Shown here in pieces: positions 61,444-64,000 of a stretch of DNA of 64,000 bases. How positions within the stretch are numbered: position 1 is the first letter of the stretch; the number at the start of each line of letters is the position of its first letter. A program made the translations under genes and the position numbers. The notes beneath the pieces were generated by a model that had not been told where the DNA came from, searched no databases, and saw nothing but the letters and a program-made list of their open reading frames with translations. The DNA is taken from contig CAXRGI010000293.1 in NCBI GenBank assembly GCA_964229935.1, positions 11,385 through 75,384 of the forward strand, read 5' to 3'. Source of the DNA: Opitutales bacterium. GTDB lineage: Bacteria; Verrucomicrobiota; Verrucomicrobiia; Opitutales; Opitutaceae.

Positions 61444-62553
61444 TTATTCCTCCTCACGCTTCTTCTTGCCGTCCTTGCCCTTGCCGCCCCCGCCGCCGCG
61501 GCGGTCGCCGGCGCGGTACGTTTCCTCGCGCACGGTGCCGTCGGTCGCCGTGAACCGGAACTTCCAGACCCCTTCGCCGACCTGCTCATAGTCGATGGCG
61601 CCCGCACTGCCGCGGACGTCGTACTGGAGCGCATAGGACTTTTCCGGCGTGATCGTTTTGAAGCCCGTGATCTTCGCGCCGCGCAGCACCTGGAGCGCTT
61701 CGCGCACGCCCTGCGCCCGCGGCTGCGGGTCGACCTGCTCCTCGCGCTCGGTCACGACGCCGCGGAAGCCGCCGTTCAGATAAGGGTACTTCGCCGTGGC
61801 GTGGTAGTGGTAGCCGATCGGCGCGTGATCGTGCCCGTTCCAGCGGTCCAGACCCTTGGGCTCGGAATCATCCGCCTCGGTGAGACCGTGGATCGGATAG
61901 CCGTCGAGCGCGTACGCCACCGGCAGCGCCTTGCCCAGCACCGCCTGCAGGTGCAGCGGCGCGACGTGGTAATGGTAATCATCGGCCCGGCCGCAATGCC
62001 CGCCCCACTGGTCGAGTTCGCCGATCTCCTGCGAGACCGCGCCGCGGTTGTTCTGCGGGTTGAAAATCGGGATGCCGTTCGCCGCGAGGGCGATCGCTCC
62101 GCGCAGGAAGCGGTCGCGGATGGTCACGCCACCGTCCGGCGCCGGCACCGGACGCAGCGGGATGCGCCACGCGTTGGCGCCGCGGTACGGCTGCGGCAGC
62201 GGCACCTGCTGCTGCCATGCGGTGATCCCCACCATCATGTTGTGCGCGGGAAGGCCGTTAGACTCGACATACAGGAAGTCGGAGTCGGCTCGCACCCGCA
62301 CCACCGGGGCGAACCTGCCAAACGCGGCGGCCGCGGACGGCAGATCGGCCGACGGGGAGGCTGCGCCCAGTTGCGCCAGCAACGGCGGCAGGTACAAGGA
62401 GACCTGCTCGGGACGGAACTCGCGCGCGACGCGGCGGTCGATCGCGTCGTGGGCGCCGTCACCGGTCAGGTGCGCGAAGGAAGCGGTGGAGGCGCCGGCG
62501 AGGAAAGCGACCGCACGTGAGGCGCGGCAGAGGCGGTGGAAAGTGGTCTTCAT
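61444..62553 (-). CDS. secreted YHYH-domain protein (free form)
   Basis: MVGITAWQQQVPLP, GAIALAANGIPIFNP.NNRG, GGHCGRADDYHYH, ALDGYPIHG, YHYHA. Confidence 0.88.
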   Translation of the reverse strand: MKTTFHRLCRASRAVAFLAGASTASFAHLTGDGAHDAIDRRVAREFRPEQVSLYLPPLLAQLGAASPSADLPSAAAAFGRFAPVVRVRADSDFLYVESNGLPAHNMMVGITAWQQQVPLPQPYRGANAWRIPLRPVPAPDGGVTIRDRFLRGAIALAANGIPIFNPQNNRGAVSQEIGELDQWGGHCGRADDYHYHVAPLHLQAVLGKALPVAYALDGYPIHGLTEADDSEPKGLDRWNGHDHAPIGYHYHATAKYPYLNGGFRGVVTEREEQVDPQPRAQGVREALQVLRGAKITGFKTITPEKSYALQYDVRGSAGAIDYEQVGEGVWKFRFTATDGTVREETYRAGDRRGGGGGKGKDGKKKREEE

Positions 62554-62563
62554 GGCGTTGTCC

Positions 62564-63292
62564 TCAGCGCGCCGGAGCGCCCGTCACATCGAGATCCGGC
62601 TTGGTGTTCCAGCGCGGCTTCCAGCCGGGTTTCTCGACGCGGGTGCGGAAGATCACGGTGTTGTCGAGGTCGAGATCGCCGGTCCAGATGAACTTCGCTC
62701 CCTGGAAGTCGGCTTTGTAGAACGGCTCCTTCGGGTTCACGCGCTCCTCGGTGTACTCGGTGGCGCGCTCCCAGCCGGAGTCATCGAAGTCGACCGCAAA
62801 CCAGTCGGCCGGGATCGGCGTGTGCTCGACCTTCGGGTTCGCGGGGTCGCGGTTCAAGGGGCCGCGGAAAAACGACTTCGCCTTCCAGCTGGCGTTGGTG
62901 ACGGTGCCGTCGCCGAACTTCAGGGCAAAGCCGCCGTCGCCGATGCTCGATCCGTACTCGGTGCCCGTGCGGGGGTCGGCGTTGTCCTTGGCCATCACTG
63001 CGATCGTCATCGGGTATTCCGGCAGGATATCGACCGACACCACATTGTGGGGGATGAAGTCGATCGGATCCACGGCCACCAGCCGGCCGTTGATGTACAG
63101 CATGAACCAGTTGTCGGCGTAGATGTTCGCCCGGACCGTGTCGGCCAGGGTCGGTTTCACCACTCCGGGAGTCCCGCCCCCCTTTCCTTTTCCCCGGCCT
63201 TTGCCGGCGGGGGCCTGGGCGGACTCGGCTCCCGCGCAAACGGCGGCCACGACCAGTCCGAGCAGAAACGCGCGCACGAAACCGGACTTCAT
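62564..63292 (-). CDS. secreted protein with the unnamed 'ADNW' domain (free form)
   Basis: Signal peptide and GK-rich linker; paralog of the N-terminal domain of 43031-44137. Confidence 0.85.
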   Translation of the reverse strand: MKSGFVRAFLLGLVVAAVCAGAESAQAPAGKGRGKGKGGGTPGVVKPTLADTVRANIYADNWFMLYINGRLVAVDPIDFIPHNVVSVDILPEYPMTIAVMAKDNADPRTGTEYGSSIGDGGFALKFGDGTVTNASWKAKSFFRGPLNRDPANPKVEHTPIPADWFAVDFDDSGWERATEYTEERVNPKEPFYKADFQGAKFIWTGDLDLDNTVIFRTRVEKPGWKPRWNTKPDLDVTGAPAR

Positions 63293-63336
63293 GACCCACG
63301 AAACCACGGGCACATGACGCCACGGCGCTGGCGCGG

Positions 63337-63352
63337 ATTAAAAATTATTCAT
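63337..63352 (-). promoter_or_regulatory. response-regulator-type box 5
   Basis: Transcribed strand ATGAATAATTTTTAAT, 19 nt, then TCAT (63317-63314). Confidence 0.78.
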
Positions 63353-63366
63353 CCCGCCGCGGCGGG

Positions 63367-64000
63367 TCATTCGTCCAAACCACCGGCCTTCTCGGCCTTC
63401 CGCCACTTGGGGCGGGCGCCGGAGGCGGCCTGGGCGGCGCTGGCCTCGATGCGCGCGATGCGCTCGCTGTCCCGCTCCTTACCGACGAGGTCGAAGTGGA
63501 TCGGGCAGCCATTGAGGCTGAACTCGTCGACCAGTCCGGCCTCCAGGTAGCGACGGTAGGACTCGGAGAGCTTCTCCTCGCGGTTGCAGAACAGCCGGAT
63601 GCGGAAGGGCCGGTTGCCGGTCTGCGTGGCGTAGTAGATGCGGAATCGACGGCCGGAGATCGCCGGCGGCGGGTTGCGCTCCGCCAGATAGGCGAGCGTC
63701 TGGTTCAGGCGACCCGTCGGGATCTTCTTGTCGAGCGTGCGGTGCAGGCGCACCGCAGCGTTGAGCATGCGGTCGATCTCATGCCCGCTGAGCGCGGAGA
63801 CGAAGATCACCGGGGAACCCGGGGTGAAGAACAGGCGGTCGAACAGCGCCTTCTCGTATTTTTCGCGGTAGTCCCGCTCGCTGTCGTAAGGCTCGAAACC
63901 GCCCTGCTTCCGGAAGGCCTCCTGCACGAGGTCCCACTTGTTCACGACGACGACGATCGGCTTGCCCTCCTTCACGGCCTCGCCGGCGATCGCCTTGTCC
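63367..64000 (-). CDS. der: ribosome biogenesis GTPase Der, C-terminal part (starts beyond the window)
   Basis: VVNKWDL, FVSALSG, TGRLN, RIYYATQ...P...LFCN...SYRRYL KH-like domain. Confidence 0.92.
   Translation of the reverse strand, partial: DKAIAGEAVKEGKPIVVVVNKWDLVQEAFRKQGGFEPYDSERDYREKYEKALFDRLFFTPGSPVIFVSALSGHEIDRMLNAAVRLHRTLDKKIPTGRLNQTLAYLAERNPPPAISGRRFRIYYATQTGNRPFRIRLFCNREEKLSESYRRYLEAGLVDEFSLNGCPIHFDLVGKERDSERIARIEASAAQAASGARPKWRKAEKAGGLDE

Noticed and set aside
41720-63366. The secreted-protein locus as a mobile element
   Set aside because: No integrase, transposase or terminal repeats seen, and composition looks like the host's

Overview
High-GC bacterial chromosome segment, probably Opitutae/Verrucomicrobiota (inferred from gene content and the repeated 'LxNxSxR...LxExY' extracellular domain). 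Bases 1-41.7 kb are mostly housekeeping and metabolic genes: menD/menF, metG, tRNA-Tyr, gluQ, mog, an Hsp20 behind a sigma54-type promoter, rlmJ, a PTS-EIIA-fused diadenylate cyclase, an orphan nuoA, tRNA-Phe, a hybrid kinase, ndk, an amino-sugar operon (kinase-NagB-degenerate deacetylase fusion, a ROK gene broken by an in-frame TAA, a PIG-L deacetylase), tatC, ppdK, two sulfatases, pckG-dctA, a NitT/TauT ABC transporter, fabV, dtd and a DPP-IV peptidase. Next is a YhcG/DUF1016 nuclease gene carrying the same 25-nt palindrome upstream of and inside its ORF. The most striking part is a ~20 kb locus (43.0-63.35 kb, bounded by yhcG and der) of predicted secreted proteins around a CusRS/CzcRS-like two-component system and an ECF sigma factor. 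Four domain types (YHYH, paired DUF1566, calcineurin-like metallophosphoesterase, and an unnamed 'ADNW..NGKLVAVD' domain) each occur both as a free protein with Gly/Lys-rich tails and fused to a repeated ~135-aa domain. All four predicted minus-strand transcription units share a 16-bp ATGAA-N6-TT(A/C)A(T/C) box exactly 19 nt before a TCAT element, and a fifth box lies before the regulator. This outlines a self-contained, probably metal-responsive extracellular regulon whose function I cannot assign. All family assignments come from motif recognition by eye; no searches were run.
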